A stretch of 40,369 nt of DNA from Nemertoderma westbladi (taxonomy: Eukaryota; Animalia; Xenacoelomorpha), in contig JAUCBJ010004943.1 of the NCBI GenBank assembly GCA_032718475.1, positions 1 to 40,369 of the forward strand, read 5' to 3'. Every line of letters starts with the position of its first letter. Positions within the stretch are counted from its first letter, which is position 1. Made by a program: the position numbers and the translations under genes. This document shows, one piece after another, positions 10,001 to 25,000 of this stretch. The notes under the pieces were generated by a model. It made no database searches. It was not told the DNA's origin and saw only the letters and a program-made list of their open reading frames with translations.

Positions 10001-13000
10001 GGGGACCTAAGAGGCCACTGAGTACACTGTAATAGAGGCGGTGGGGACCTAAGAGGCCACTGAGTACACAGTAATAGAGGCGGTGGGGACCTAAGAGGCC
10101 ACTGAGTACACAGTAATAGAGGCGGTGGGGACCTAAGAGGCCACTGAGTACACAGTAATAGAGGCGGTGGGGACCTAAGAGGCCACTGAGTACACTGTAA
10201 TAGAGGCGGTGGGGACCTAAGAGGCCACTGAGTACACAGTAATAGAGGTGGTGGGGACCTAAGAGGCCACTAAGTACACAGTAATAGAGGCGGTGGGGAC
10301 CTAAGAGGCCACTGAGTACACAGTAATAGAGGCGGTGGGGACCTAAGAGGCCACTGAGTACACTGTAATAGAGGCGGTGGGGACCTAAGAGGCCACTGAG
10401 TACACAGTAATAGAGGCGGTGGGGACCTAAGAGGGCACTGAGTACACAGTAATAGAGGCGGTGGGGACCTAAGAGGCCACTGAGTACACAGTAATAGAGG
10501 CGGTGGGGACCTAAGAGGCCACTGAGTACACAGTAATAGAGGCGGTGGGGACCTAAGAGGCCACTGAGTACACAGTAATAGAGGCGGTGGGGACCTAAGA
10601 GGTCACAGAGTACACAGTAATAGAAGCGGTGGGGACCTAAGAGGCCACTGAGTACACAGTAATAGAGGCGGTGGGCACCTAAGAGGCCACTGAGTACACA
10701 GTAATAGAGGCGGTGGGGACCTAAGAGGTCACAGAGTACACAGTAATAGAAGCGGTGGGGACCTAAGAGGCCACTGAGTACACAGTAATAGAGGCGGTGG
10801 GCACCTAAGAGGCCACTGAGTACACAGTAATAGAGGCGGTGGGGACCTAAGAGGGCACTGAGTACACAGTAATAGAGGCGGTGGGGACCTACTAAGAGGC
10901 CACTGAGTACACAGTAATAGAGGCGGTGGGGACCTAAGAGGTCACAGAGTACACAGTAATAGAAGCGGTGGGGACCTAAGAGGCCAATGAGTACACTGTA
11001 ATAGAGGCGATGGGCACCTAAGAGGGCACTGAGTACACAGTAATAGAGGCGGTGGGGACCTAAGAGGGCACTGAGTACACTGTAATAGAGGCGGTGGGGA
11101 CCTAAGAGGCGGTGGGGACCTACTAAGAGGCCACTGAGTACACAGTAATAGAGGCGGTGGGGACCTAAGAGGCGGTGGGGACCTAAGAGGGCACTGAGTA
11201 CACAGTAATAGAGGCGGTGGGGACCTACTAAGAGGCCACTGAGTACACAGTAATAGAGGCGGTGGGGACCTAAGAGGTCACAGAGTACACAGTAATAGAA
11301 GCGGTGGGGACCTAAGAGGCCAATGAGTACACTGTAATAGAGGCGGTGGGCACCTAAGAGGGCACTGAGTACACAGTAATAGAGGCGGTGGGGACCTAAG
11401 AGGGCACTGAGTACACTGTAATAGAGGCGGTGGGGACCTAAGAGGCGGTGGGGACCTACTAAGAGGCCACTGAGTACACAGTAATAGAGGCGGTGGGGAC
11501 CTAAGAGGCGGTGGGGACCTAAGAGGGCACTGAGTACACAGTAATAGAGGCGGCGGGGACCTAAGAGGCCACTGAGTACACAGTAATAGAGGCGGTGGGG
11601 ACCTAAGAGGGCACTGAGTACACAGTAAAAGAGGCGGTGGGGACCTAAGAGGGCACTGAGTACACAGTAATAGAGGCGGTGGGGACCTAAGAGGGCACTG
11701 AGTACACAGTAATAGAGGCGGTGGGGACCTAAGAGGCCACTGAGTACACAGTAATAGAGGCGGTGGGGACCTAAGAGGCCACTGAGTACACAGTAATAGA
11801 GGCGGTGGGGACCTAAGAGGGCACTGAGTACACAGTAATAGAGGCGGTGGGGACCTAAGAGGCCACTGAGTACACAGTAATAGAGGCGGTGGGGACCTAC
11901 TAAGAGGCCACTGAGTACACAGTAATAGAAGCGGTGGGGACCTAAGAGGCGGTGGGGACCTAAGAGGGCACTGAGTACACAGTAATAGAGGCGGTGGGGA
12001 CCTAAGAGGCCACTAAGTACACAGTAATAGAGGCGGTGGGGACCTAAGAGGCCACTGAGTACACAGTAAAAGAGGCGGTGGGGACCTAAGAGGCCACTGA
12101 GTACACAGTAATAGAGGCGGTGGGGACCTAAGAGGCCACTGAGTACACAGTAATAGAGGCGGTGGGGACCTAAGAGGCCACTGAGTACACAGTAATAGAG
12201 GCGGTGGGGACCTAAGAGGCCACTGAGTACACAGTAATAGAGGCGGTGGGGACCTAAGAGGTGGTGGGGACCTAAGAGGCCACTGAGTACACAGTAATAG
12301 AGGCGGTGGGGACCTAAGAGGCCACTGAGTACACAGTAATAGAGGCGGTGGGGACCTAAGAGGCCACTGAGTACACAGTAATAGAGGCGGTGGGGACCTA
12401 AGAGGTCACAGAGTACACAGTAATAGAAGCGGTGGGGACCTAAGAGGCCACTGAGTACACAGTAATAGAGGCGGTGGGGACCTAAGAGGCCACTGAGTAC
12501 ACAGTAATAGAGGCGGTGGGGACCTAAGAGGCCACTGAGTACACAGTAATAGAGGCGGTGGGGACCTAAGAGGCCACTAAGTACACAGTAATAGAGGCGG
12601 TGGGGACCTAAGAGGCCACTGAGTACACAGTAAAAGAGGCGGTGGGGACCTAAGAGGCCACTGAGTACACAGTAATAGAGGCGGTGGGGACCTAAGAGGC
12701 CACTGAGTACACATTAATAGAGGCGGTGGGCACCTAAGAGGGCACTGAGTACACAGTAATAGAGGCGGTGGGCACCTAAGAGGCCACTGAGTACACAGTA
12801 ATAGAGGCGGTGGGGACCTAAGAGACCACTGAGTACACAGTAATAGAGGCGGTGGGGACCTAAGAGGCCACTGAGTACACAGTAATAGAGGCGGTGGGGA
12901 TCTAAGAGGGCACTGAGTACACAGTAATAGAGGCGGTGGGGACCTAAGAGGCCACTGAGTACACAGTAATAGAGGCGGTGGGGACCTACTAAGAGGCCAC

Positions 13001-16000
13001 TGAGTACACAGTAATAGAGGCGGTGGGGACCTAAGAGGCCACTGAGTACACAGTAATAGAGGCGGTGGGGACCTACTAAGAGGCCACTGAGTACACAGTA
13101 ATAGAGGCGGTGGGGACCTAAGAGGCCACAGAGTACACAGTAATAGAGGCGGTGGGGACCTACTAAGAGGCCACTGAGTACACAGTAATAGAGGCGGTGG
13201 GGACCTACTAAGAGGCCACTGAGTACACAGTAATAGAGGCGGTGGGGACCTAAGAGGCCACTGAGTACACAGTAATAGAGGCGGTGGGGACCTAAGAGGC
13301 CACTGAGTACACAGTAATAGAGGCGGTGGGGACCTAAGAGGCCACTGAGTAAACAGTAATAGAGGTGGTGGGGACCTAAGAGGCGGTGGGGACCTAAGAG
13401 GCCACTGAGTACACAGTAATAGAGGCGGTGGGGACCTAAGAGGCCACTGAGTACACAGTAATAGAGGCGGTGGGGACCTAAGAGGTCACAGAGTACACAG
13501 TAATAGAAGCGGTGGGGACCTAAGAGGCCACTGAGTACACAGTAATAGAGGCGGTGGGCACCTAAGAGGCCACTGAGTACACAGTAATAGAGGCGGTGGG
13601 GACCTAAGAGGCCACTGAGTACACAGTAATAGAGGCGGTGGGGACCTAAGAGGCCACTAAGTACACAGTAATAGAGGCGGTGGGGACCTAAGAGGCCACT
13701 GAGTACACAGTAAAAGAGGCGGTGGGGACCTAAGAGGCCACTGAGTACACAGTAATAGAGGCGGTGGGGACCTAAGAGGCCACTGAGTACACAGTAATAG
13801 AGGCGGTGGGGACCTAAGAGGCCACTGAGTACACAGTAATAGAGGCGGTGGGGACCTAAGAGGCCACTGAGTACACAGTAATAGAGGCGGTGGGGACCTA
13901 AGAGGTGGTGGGGACCTAAGAGGCCACTGAGTACACAGTAATAGAGGCGGTGGGGACCTAAGAGGCCACTGAGTACACAGTAATAGAGGCGGTGGGGACC
14001 TAAGAGGCCACTGAGTACACAGTAATAGAGGCGGTGGGCACCTAAGAGGCCACTGAGTACACAGTAATAGAGGCGGTGGGGACCTAAGAGGTCACAGAGT
14101 ACACAGTAATAGAAGCGGTGGGGACCTAAGAGGCCACTGAGTACACAGTAATAGAGGCGGTGGGCACCTAAGAGGCCACTGAGTACACAGTAAAAGAGGC
14201 GGTGGGGACCTAAGAGGCCACTGAGTACACAGTAATAGAGGCGGTGGGGACCTAAGAGGCCACTGAGTACACAGTAATAGAGGCGGTGGGGACCTAAGAG
14301 GTCACAGAGTACACAGTAATAGAAGCGGTGGGGACCTAAGAGGGCACTGAGTACACAGTAATAGAGGCGGTGGGCACCTAAGAGGCCACTGAGTACACAG
14401 TAATAGAGGCGGTGGGGACCTAAGAGGTCACAGAGTACACAGTAATAGAAGCGGTGGGGACCTAAGAGGCCACTGAGTACACAGTAATAGAGGCGGTGGG
14501 CACCTAAGAGGCCACTGAGTACACAGTAATAGAGGCGGTGGGGACCTAAGAGGCCACTGAGTACACAGTAATAGAGGCGGTGGGCACCTAAGAGGCCACT
14601 GAGTACACAGTAATAGAGGCGGTGGGGACCTAAGAGGTCACAGAGTACACAGTAATAGAAGCGGTGGGGACCTAAGAGGCCACTGAGTACACAGTAATAG
14701 AGGCGGTGGGCACCTAAGAGGCCACTGAGTACACAGTAATAGAGGCGGTGGGGACCTAAGAGGGCACTGAGTACACAGTAATAGAGGCGGTGGGGACCTA
14801 AGAGGCCACTGAGTACACAGTAATAGAGGCGGTGGGGACCTAAGAGGTCACTGAGTACACAGTAATAGAGGCGGTGGGCACCTAAGAGGGCACTGAGTAC
14901 ACAGTAATAGAGGCGGTGGGGACCTAAGAGGTCACTGAGTACACAGTAATAGAGGCGGTGGGCACCTAAGAGGGCACTGAGTACACAGTAATAGAGGCGG
15001 TGGGGACCTACTAAGAGGCCACTGAGTACACAGTAATAGAGGCGGTGGGGACCTAAGAGGTCACAGAGTACACAGTAATAGAAGCGGTGGGGACCTAAGA
15101 GGCCAATGAGTACACTGTAATAGAGGCGGTGGGCACCTAAGAGGGCACTGAGTACACAGTAATAGAGGCGGTGGGGACCTAAGAGGGCACTGAGTACACT
15201 GTAATAGAGGCGGTGGGGACCTAAGAGGCGGTGGGGACCTACTAAGAGGCCACTGAGTACACAGTAATAGAGGCGGTGGGGACCTAAGAGGCGGTGGGGA
15301 CCTAAGAGGGCACTGAGTACACAGTAATAGAGGCGGTGGGGACCTAAGAGGCCACTGAGTACACAGTAATAGAGGCGGTGGGGACCTAAGAGGCCACTGA
15401 GTACACAGTAATAGAGGCGGTGGGGACCTAAGAGGCCACTGAGTACACAGTAATAGAGGCGGTGGGGACCTAAGAGGGCACTGAGTACACAGTAATAGAG
15501 GCGGTGGGGACCTAAGAGGGCACTGAGTACACAGTAATAGAGGCGGTGGGGACCTAAGAGGCGGTGGGGACCTACTAAGAGGCCACTGAGTACACAGTAA
15601 TAGAGGCGGTGGGGACCTAAGAGGCGGTGGGGACCTAAGAGGGCACTGAGTACACAGTAATAGAGGCGGTGGGGATCTAAGAGGCCACTGAGTACACAGT
15701 AATAGAGGCGGTGGGGACCTAAGAGGGCACTGAGTACACAGTAATAGAGGCGGTGGGGACCTAAGAGGCCACTGAGTACACAGTAATAGAGGCGGTGGGG
15801 ACCTAAGAGGCCACTGAGTACACAGTAATAGAGGCGGTGGGGACCTAAGAGGCCACTGAGTACACAGTAATAGAGGCGGTGGGGACCTAAGAGGCCACTG
15901 AGTACACAGTAATAGAGGCGGTGGGGACCTAAGAGGCCACTGAGTACACAGTAATAGAGGCGGTGGGGACCTAAGAGGCCACTGAGTACACAGTAATAGA

Positions 16001-19000
16001 GGCGGTGGGGACCTAAGAGGGCACTGAGTACACAGTAATAGAGGCGGTGGGGACCTAAGAGGCCACTGAGTACACAGTAATAGAGGCGGTGGGGACCTAA
16101 GAGGGCACTGAGTACACAGTAATAGAGGCGGTGGGGACCTAAGAGGCCACTGAGTACACAGTAATAGAGGCGGTGGGGACCTAAGAGGCCACTGAGTACA
16201 CAGTAATAGAGGCGGTGGGGACCTAAGAGGCCACTGAGTACACAGTAATAGAGGCGGTGGGGACCTAAGAGGCCACTGAGTACACAGTAATAGAGGCGGT
16301 GGGCACCTAAGAGGCCACTGAGTACACAGTAATAGAGGCGGTGGGGACCTAAGAGGCCACTGAGTACACAGTAATAGAGGCGGTGGGGACCTAAGAGGGC
16401 ACTGAGTACACAGTAATAGAGGCGGTGGGCACCTAAGAGGCCACTGAGTACACAGTAATAGAGGCGGTGGGGACCTAAGAGGCCACTGAGTACACAGTAA
16501 TAGAGGCGGTGGGGACCTAAGAGGCCACTGAGTACACAGTAATAGAGGCGGTGGGGACCTAAGAGGCCACTGAGTACACAGTAATAGAGGCGGTGGGGAC
16601 CTAAGAGGCCACTGAGTACACAGTAATAGAGGCGGTGGGGACCTAAGAGGCCACTGAGTACACAGTAATAGAGGCGGTGGGGACCTAAGAGGCCACTGAG
16701 TACACAGTAATAGAGGCGGTGGGGACCTAAGAGGCCACTGAGTACACAGTAATAGAGGCGGTGGGGACCTAAGAGGCCACTGAGTACACAGTAATAGAGG
16801 CGGTGGGGACCTAAGAGGGCACTGAGTACACAGTAATAGAGGCGGTGGGCACCTAAGAGGCCACTGAGTACACAGTAATAGAGGCGGTGGGGACCTAAGA
16901 GGCCACTGAGTACACAGTAATAGAGGCGGTGGGGACCTAAGAGGCCACTGAGTACACAGTAATAGAGGCGGTGGGGACCTAAGAGGGCACTGAGTACACA
17001 GTAATAGAGGCGGTGGGGACCTAAGAGGCCACTGAGTACACAGTAATAGAGGCGGTGGGGACCCTAAGAGGCCACTGAGTACACAGTAATAGAGGCGGTG
17101 GGGACCTAAGAGGCCACTGAGTACACAGTAATAGAGGCGGTGGGGACCTACTAAGAGGCCACTGAGTACACAGTAATAGAGGCGGTGGGGACCTAAGAGG
17201 CCACTGAGTACACAGTAATAGAGGCGGTGGGGACCTAAGAGGCCACTGAGTACACAGTAATAGAGGCGGTGGGGACCTACTAAGAGGCCACTGAGTACAC
17301 AGTAATAGAGGCGGTGGGGACCTAAGAGGCCACTGAGTACACAGTAATAGAGGCGGTGGGGACCTAAGAGGCCACTGAGTACACAGTAATAGAGGCGGTG
17401 GGGACCTAAGAGGCCACTGAGTAAACAGTAATAGAGGTGGTGGGGACCTAAGAGGCGGTGGGGACCTAAGAGGCCACTGAGTACACAGTAATAGAGGCGG
17501 TGGGGACCTAAGAGGCCACTGAGTACACAGTAATAGAGGCGGTGGGCACCTAAGAGGCCACTGAGTACACAGTAATAGAGGCGGTGGGGACCTAAGAGGC
17601 CACTGAGTACACAGTAATAGAGGCGGTGGGGACCTAAGAGGGCACTGAGTACACAGTAATAGAGGCGGTGGGCACCTAAGAGGCCACTGAGTACACAGTA
17701 ATAGAGGTGGTGGGGACCTAAGAGGCCACTGAGTACACAGTAATAGAGGCGGTGGGGACCTACTAAGAGGCCACTGAGTACACAGTAATAGAGGCGGTGG
17801 GGACCTAAGAGGCCACTGAGTACACAGTAATAGAGGCGGTGGGGACCTAAGAGGCCACTGAGTACACAGTAATAGAGGCGGTGGGGACCTAAGAGGCCAC
17901 TGAGTACACAGTAATAGAGGCGGTGGGGACCTAAGAGGCCACTGAGTACACAGTAATAGAGGCGGTGGGGACCTAAGAGGCCACTGAGTACACAGTAATA
18001 GAGGCGGTGGGGACCTAAGAGGCCACTGAGTACACAGTAATAGAGGCGGTGGGGACCTAAGAGGCCACTGAGTACACAGTAATAGAGGCGGTGGGGACCT
18101 AAGAGGCCACTGAGTACACAGTAATAGAGGCGGTGGGGACCTAAGAGGCCACTGAGTACACAGTAATAGAGGCGGTGGGGACCTAAGAGGCCACTGAGTA
18201 CACAGTAATAGAGGCGGTGGGGACCTAAGAGGCCACTGAGTACACAGTAATAGAGGCGGTGGGGACCTAAGAGGCCACTGAGTACACAGTAATAGAGGCG
18301 GTGGGGACCTAAGAGGCCACTGAGTACACAGTAATAGAGGCGGTGGGGACCTAAGAGGCCACTGAGTACACAGTAATAGAGGCGGTGGGGACCTAAGAGG
18401 CCACTGAGTACACAGTAATAGAGGCGGTGGGGACCTAAGAGGCCACTGAGTACACAGTAATAGAGGCGGTGGGGACCTAAGAGGCCACTGAGTACACAGT
18501 AATAGAGGCGGTGGGGACCTAAGAGGCCACTGAGTACACAGTAATAGAGGCGGTGGGGACCTAAGAGGCCACTGAGTACACAGTAATAGAGGCGGTGGGG
18601 ACCTAACGCCAGGGCCACTGAGTACACAGTAATAGAGGCGGTGGGGACCTAAGAGGCCACTGAGTACACAGTAATAGAGGCGGTGGGCACCTAAGAGGGC
18701 ACTGAGTACACAGTAATAGAGGCGGTGGGGACCTAAGAGGCCACTGAGTACACAGTAATAGAGGCGGTGGGCACCTAAGAGGCCACTGAGTACACAGTAA
18801 TAGAGGCGGTGGGGACCTAAGAGGCCACTGAGTACACAGTAATAGAGGCGGTGGGGACCTAAGAGGCCACTGAGTACACAGTAATAGAGGCGGTGGGCAC
18901 CTAAGAGGCCACTGAGTACACAGTAATAGAGGCGGTGGGGACCTAAGAGGCCACTGAGTACACAGTAATAGAGGCGGTGGGGACCTAAGAGGGCACTGAG

Positions 19001-22000
19001 TACACAGTAATAGAGGCGGTGGGCACCTAAGAGGCCACTGAGTACACAGTAATAGAGGTGGTGGGGACCTAAGAGGCCACTGAGTACACAGTAATAGAGG
19101 CGGTGGGGACCTAAGAGGCCACTGAGTACACAGTAATAGAGGCGGTGGGGACCTAAGAGGCCACTGAGTACACATTAATAGAGGCGGTGGGCACCTAAGA
19201 GGGCACTGAGTACACAGTAATAGAGGCGGTGGGCACCTAAGAGGCCACTGAGTACACAGTAATAGAGGCGGTGGGGACCTAAGAGACCACTGAGTACACA
19301 GTAATAGAGGCGGTGGGGACCTAAGAGGCCACTGAGTACACAGTAATAGAGGCGGTGGGGATCTAAGAGGGCACTGAGTACACAGTAATAGAGGCGGTGG
19401 GGACCTAAGAGGCCACTGAGTACACAGTAATAGAGGCGGTGGGGACCTACTAAGAGGCCACTGAGTACACAGTAATAGAGGCGGTGGGGACCTAAGAGGC
19501 CACTGAGTACACAGTAATAGAGGCGGTGGGGACCTACTAAGAGGCCACTGAGTACACAGTAATAGAGGCGGTGGGGACCTAAGAGGCCACAGAGTACACA
19601 GTAATAGAGGCGGTGGGGACCTACTAAGAGGCCACTGAGTACACAGTAATAGAGGCGGTGGGGACCTAAGAGGCCACTGAGTACACAGTAATAGAGGCGG
19701 TGGGGACCTAAGAGGCCACTGAGTACACAGTAATAGAGGCGGTGGGGACCTAAGAGGGCACTGAGTACACAGTAATAGAGGCGGTGGGCACCTAAGAGGC
19801 CACTGAGTACACAGTAATAGAGGTGGTGGGGACCTAAGAGGCCACTGAGTACACAGTAATAGAGGCGGTGGGGACCTACTAAGAGGCCACTGAGTACACA
19901 GTAATAGAGGCGGTGGGGACCTAAGAGGCCACTGAGTACACAGTAATAGAGGCGGTGGGGACCTAAGAGGCCACTGAGTACACAGTAATAGAGGCGGTGG
20001 GGACCTAAGAGGCCACTGAGTACACAGTAATAGAGGCGGTGGGGACCTAAGAGGCCACTGAGTACACAGTAATAGAGGCGGTGGGGACCTAAGAGGCCAC
20101 TGAGTACACAGTAATAGAGGCGGTGGGGACCTAAGAGGCCACTGAGTACACAGTAATAGAGGCGGTGGGGACCTAAGAGGCCACTGAGCACACAGTAATA
20201 GAGGCGGTGGGGACCTAAGAGGCCACTGAGTACACAGTAATAGAGGCGGTGGGGACCTAAGAGGGCACTGAGTACACAGTAATAGAGGCGGTGGGGACCT
20301 AAGAGGGCACTGAGTACACAGTAATAGAGGCGGTGGGCACCTAAGAGGCCACTGAGTACACAGTAATAGAGGCGGTGGGGACCTAAGAGACCACTGAGTA
20401 CACAGTAATAGAGGCGGTGGGGACCTAAGAGGCCACTGAGTACACAGTAATAGAGGCGGTGGGGATCTAAGAGGGCACTGAGTACACAGTAATAGAGGCG
20501 GTGGGGACCTAAGAGGCCACTGAGTACACAGTAATAGAGGCGGTGGGGACCCTAAGAGGGCACTGAGTACACAGTAATAGAGGCGGTGGGGACCTAAGAG
20601 GCCACTGAGTACACAGTAATAGAGGCGGTGGGGACCTACTAAGAGGCCACTGAGTACACAGTAATAGAGGCGGTGGGGACCTAAGAGGCCACAGAGTACA
20701 CAGTAATAGAGGCGGTGGGGACCTACTAAGAGGCCACTGAGTACACAGTAATAGAGGCGGTGGGGACCTACTAAGAGGCCACTGAGTACACAGTAATAGA
20801 GGCGGTGGGGACCTAAGAGGCCACTGAGTACACAGTAATAGAGGCGGTGGGGACCTAAGAGGCCACTGAGTACACAGTAATAGAGGCGGTGGGGACCTAA
20901 GAGGCCACTGAGTAAACAGTAATAGAGGTGGTGGGGACCTAAGAGGCGGTGGGGACCTAAGAGGCCACTGAGTACACAGTAATAGAGGCGGTGGGGACCT
21001 ACTAAGAGGCCACTGAGTACACAGTAATAGAGGCGGTGGGGACCTAAGAGGCCACTGAGTACACAGTAATAGAGGTGGTGGGGACCTAAGAGGCCACTGA
21101 GTACACAGTAATAGAGGCGGTGGGGACCTAAGAGGCCACTGAGTACACAGTAATAGAAGCGGTGGGGACCTAAGAGGCGGTGGGGACCTAAGAGGCCACT
21201 GAGTACACAGTAATAGAGGCGGTGGGGACCTACTAAGAGGCCACTGAGTACACAGTAATAGAGGCGGTGGGGACCTAAGAGGCCACTGAGTACACAGTAA
21301 TAGAGGCGGTGGGGACCTACTAAGAGGCCACTGAGTACACAGTAATAGAGGCGGTGGCGACCTAAGAGGCCACTGAGTACACTGTAATAGAGGCGGTGGG
21401 GACCTAAGAGGCCACTGAGTACACAGTAATAGAGGTGGTGGGGACCTAAGAGGCCACTGAGTACACAGTAATAGAGGCGGTGGGGACCTAAGAGGCCACT
21501 GAGTACACAGTAATAGAGGCGGTGGGCACCTAAGAGGGCACTCAGTACACAGTAATAGAGGCGGTGGGGACCTAAGAGGGCACTGAGTACACAGTAATAG
21601 AGGCGGTGGGCACCTAAGAGGGCACTGAGTACACAGTAATAGAGGCGGTGGGGACCTAAGAGGCCACTGAGTACACAGTAATAGAGGCGGTGGGGACCTA
21701 AGAGGCCACTGAGTACACAGTAATAGAGGCGGTGGGGACCTAAGAGGCCACTGAGTACACAGTAATAGAGGCGGTGGGGACCTACTAAGAGGCCACTGAG
21801 TACACAGTAATAGAGGCGGTGGGGACCTAAGAGGCCACTGAGTACACAGTAATAGAGGCGGTGGGGACCTAAGAGGGCACTGAGTACACAGTAATAGAGG
21901 CGGTGGGGACCTAAGAGGCCACTGAGTACACAGTAATAGAGGCGGTGGGGACCTACTAAGAGGCCACTGAGTACACAGTAATAGAAGCGGTGGGGATCTA

Positions 22001-25000
22001 AGAGGCGGTGGGGACCTAAGAGGGCACTGAGTACACAGTAATAGAGGCGGTGGGGATGTAAGAGGCCACTGAGTACACAGTAATAGAGGCGGTGGGGACC
22101 TAAGAGGGCACTGAGTACACAGTAATAGAGGCGGTGGGGACCTAAGAGGGCACTGAGTACACAGTAATAGAGGCGGTGGGGACCTAAGAGGCCACTGAGT
22201 ACACAGTAATAGAGGCGGTGGGGACCTAAGAGGCCATTGAGTACACAGTAATAGAGGCGGTGGGGACCTAAGAGGCCACTGAGTACACAGTAATAGAGGC
22301 GGTGGGGACCTAAGAGGCCACTGAGTACACAGTAATAGAGGCGGTGGGGACCTAAGAGGCCACTGAGTACACAGTTGTAATAGAGGCGGTGGGGACCTAA
22401 GAGACCACTGAGTACACAGTAATAGAGGCGGTGGGGACCTAAGAGGGCACTGAGTACACAGTAATAGAGGCGGTGGGGACCTAAGAGGGCACTGAGTACA
22501 CAGTAATAGAGGCGGTGGGGACCTAAGAGGCCACTGAGTACACAGTAATAGAGGCGGTGGGGACCTAAGAGGCCACTGAGTACACAGTAATAGAGGTGGT
22601 GGGGACCTAAGAGGCCACTGAGTACACAGTAATAGAGGCGGTGGGGACCTAAGAGGCCACTGAGTACACAGTAATAGAGGCGGTGGGGACCTAAGAGGCC
22701 ACTGAGTACACAGTAATAGAGGCGGTGGGGACCTAAGAGGCCACTGAGTACACAGTAATAGAGGCGGTGGGGACCTAAGAGGCCACTGAGTACACAGTAA
22801 TAGAGGCGGTGGGGACCTAAGAGGTCACAGAGTACACAGTAATAGAAGCGGTGGGGACCTAAGAGGCCACTGAGTACACAGTAATAGAGGCGGTGGGCAC
22901 CTAAGAGGCCACTGAGTACACAGTAATAGAGGCGGTGGGGACCTAAGAGGCCACTGAGTACACAGTAATAGAGGCGGTGGGGACCTAAGAGGCCACTAAG
23001 TACACAGTAATAGAGGCGGTGGGGACCTAAGAGGCCACTGAGTACACAGTAAAAGAGGCGGTGGGGACCTAAGAGGCCACTGAGTACACAGTAATAGAGG
23101 CGGTGGGGACCTAAGAGGCCACTGAGTACACAGTAATAGAGGCGGTGGGGACCTAAGAGGCCACTGAGTACACAGTAATAGAGGCGGTGGGGACCTAAGA
23201 GGCCACTGAGTACACAGTAATAGAGGCGGTGGGCACCTAAGAGGCCACTGAGTACACAGTAATAGAGGCGGTGGGGACCTAAGAGGTCACAGAGTACACA
23301 GTAATAGAAGCGGTGGGGACCTAAGAGGCCACTGAGTACACAGTAATAGAGGCGGTGGGCACCTAAGAGGCCACTGAGTACACAGTAAAAGAGGCGGTGG
23401 GGACCTAAGAGGCCACTGAGTACACAGTAATAGAGGCGGTGGGGACCTAAGAGGCCACTGAGTACACAGTAATAGAGGCGGTGGGGACCTAAGAGGTCAC
23501 AGAGTACACAGTAATAGAAGCGGTGGGGACCTAAGAGGGCACTGAGTACACAGTAATAGAGGCGGTGGGCACCTAAGAGGCCACTGAGTACACAGTAATA
23601 GAGGCGGTGGGGACCTAAGAGGTCACAGAGTACACAGTAATAGAAGCGGTGGGGACCTAAGAGGCCACTGAGTACACAGTAATAGAGGCGGTGGGCACCT
23701 AAGAGGCCACTGAGTACACAGTAATAGAGGCGGTGGGGACCTAAGAGGCCACTGAGTACACAGTAATAGAGGCGGTGGGCACCTAAGAGGCCACTGAGTA
23801 CACAGTAATAGAGGCGGTGGGGACCTAAGAGGTCACAGAGTACACAGTAATAGAAGCGGTGGGGACCTAAGAGGCCACTGATACACAGTAATAGAGGCGG
23901 TGGGCACCTAAGAGGCCACTGAGTACACAGTAATAGAGGCTGTGGGGACCTAAGAGGGCACTGAGTACACAGTAATAGAGGCGGTGGGGACCTAAGAGGC
24001 CACTGAGTACACAGTAATAGAGGCGGTGGGGACCTAAGAGGTCACTGAGTACACATTAATAGAGGCGGTGGGCACCTAAGAGGGCACTGAGTACACAGTA
24101 ATAGAGGCGGTGGGGACCTAAGAGGTCACTGAGTACACAGTAATAGAGGCGGTGGGCACCTAAGAGGGCACTGAGTACACAGTAATAGAGGCGGTGGGGA
24201 CCTACTAAGAGGCCACTGAGTACACAGTAATAGAGGCGGTGGGGACCTAAGAGGTCACAGAGTACACAGTAATAGAAGCGGTGGGGACCTAAGAGGCCAA
24301 TGAGTACACTGTAATAGAGGCGGTGGGCACCTAAGAGGGCACTGAGTACACAGTAATAGAGGCGGTGGGGACCTAAGAGGGCACTGAGTACACTGTAATA
24401 GAGGCGGTGGGGACCTAAGAGGCGGTGGGGACCTACTAAGAGGCCACTGAGTACACAGTAATAGAGGCGGTGGGGACCTAAGAGGCGGTGGGGACCTAAG
24501 AGGGCACTGAGTACACAGTAATAGAGGCGGTGGGGACCTAAGAGGCCACTGAGTACACAGTAATAGAGGCGGTGGGGACCTAAGAGGCCACTGAGTACAC
24601 AGTAATAGAGGCGGTGGGGACCTAAGAGGGCACTGAGTACACAGTAATAGAGGCGGTGGGGACCTAAGAGGCCACTGAGTACACAGTAATAGAGGCGGTG
24701 GGGACCTACTAAGAGGCCACTGAGTACACAGTAATAGAAGCGGTGGGGACCTAAGAGGCGGTGGGGACCTAAGAGGCCACTGAGTACACAGTAATAGAGG
24801 CGGTGGGGACCTAAGAGGCCACTGAGTACACAGTAATAGAGGCGGTGGGGACCTAAGAGGCCACTGAGTACACAGTAATAGAGGCGGTGGGGACCTAAGA
24901 GGCCACTGAGTACACAGTAATAGAGGCGGTGGGGACCTAAGAGGCCACTGAGTACACAGTAATAGAGGCGGTGGGGACCTAAGAGGCCACTGAGTACACA

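Noticed and set aside
18601-18620. Unique interruptions in the array (ACCTAACGCCAGGGCC here, also ~32800-32860 and ~37940-37960)
   Set aside because: These are singleton clusters of mismatches and indels, more consistent with consensus errors than with inserted elements. Raw reads are needed to decide.
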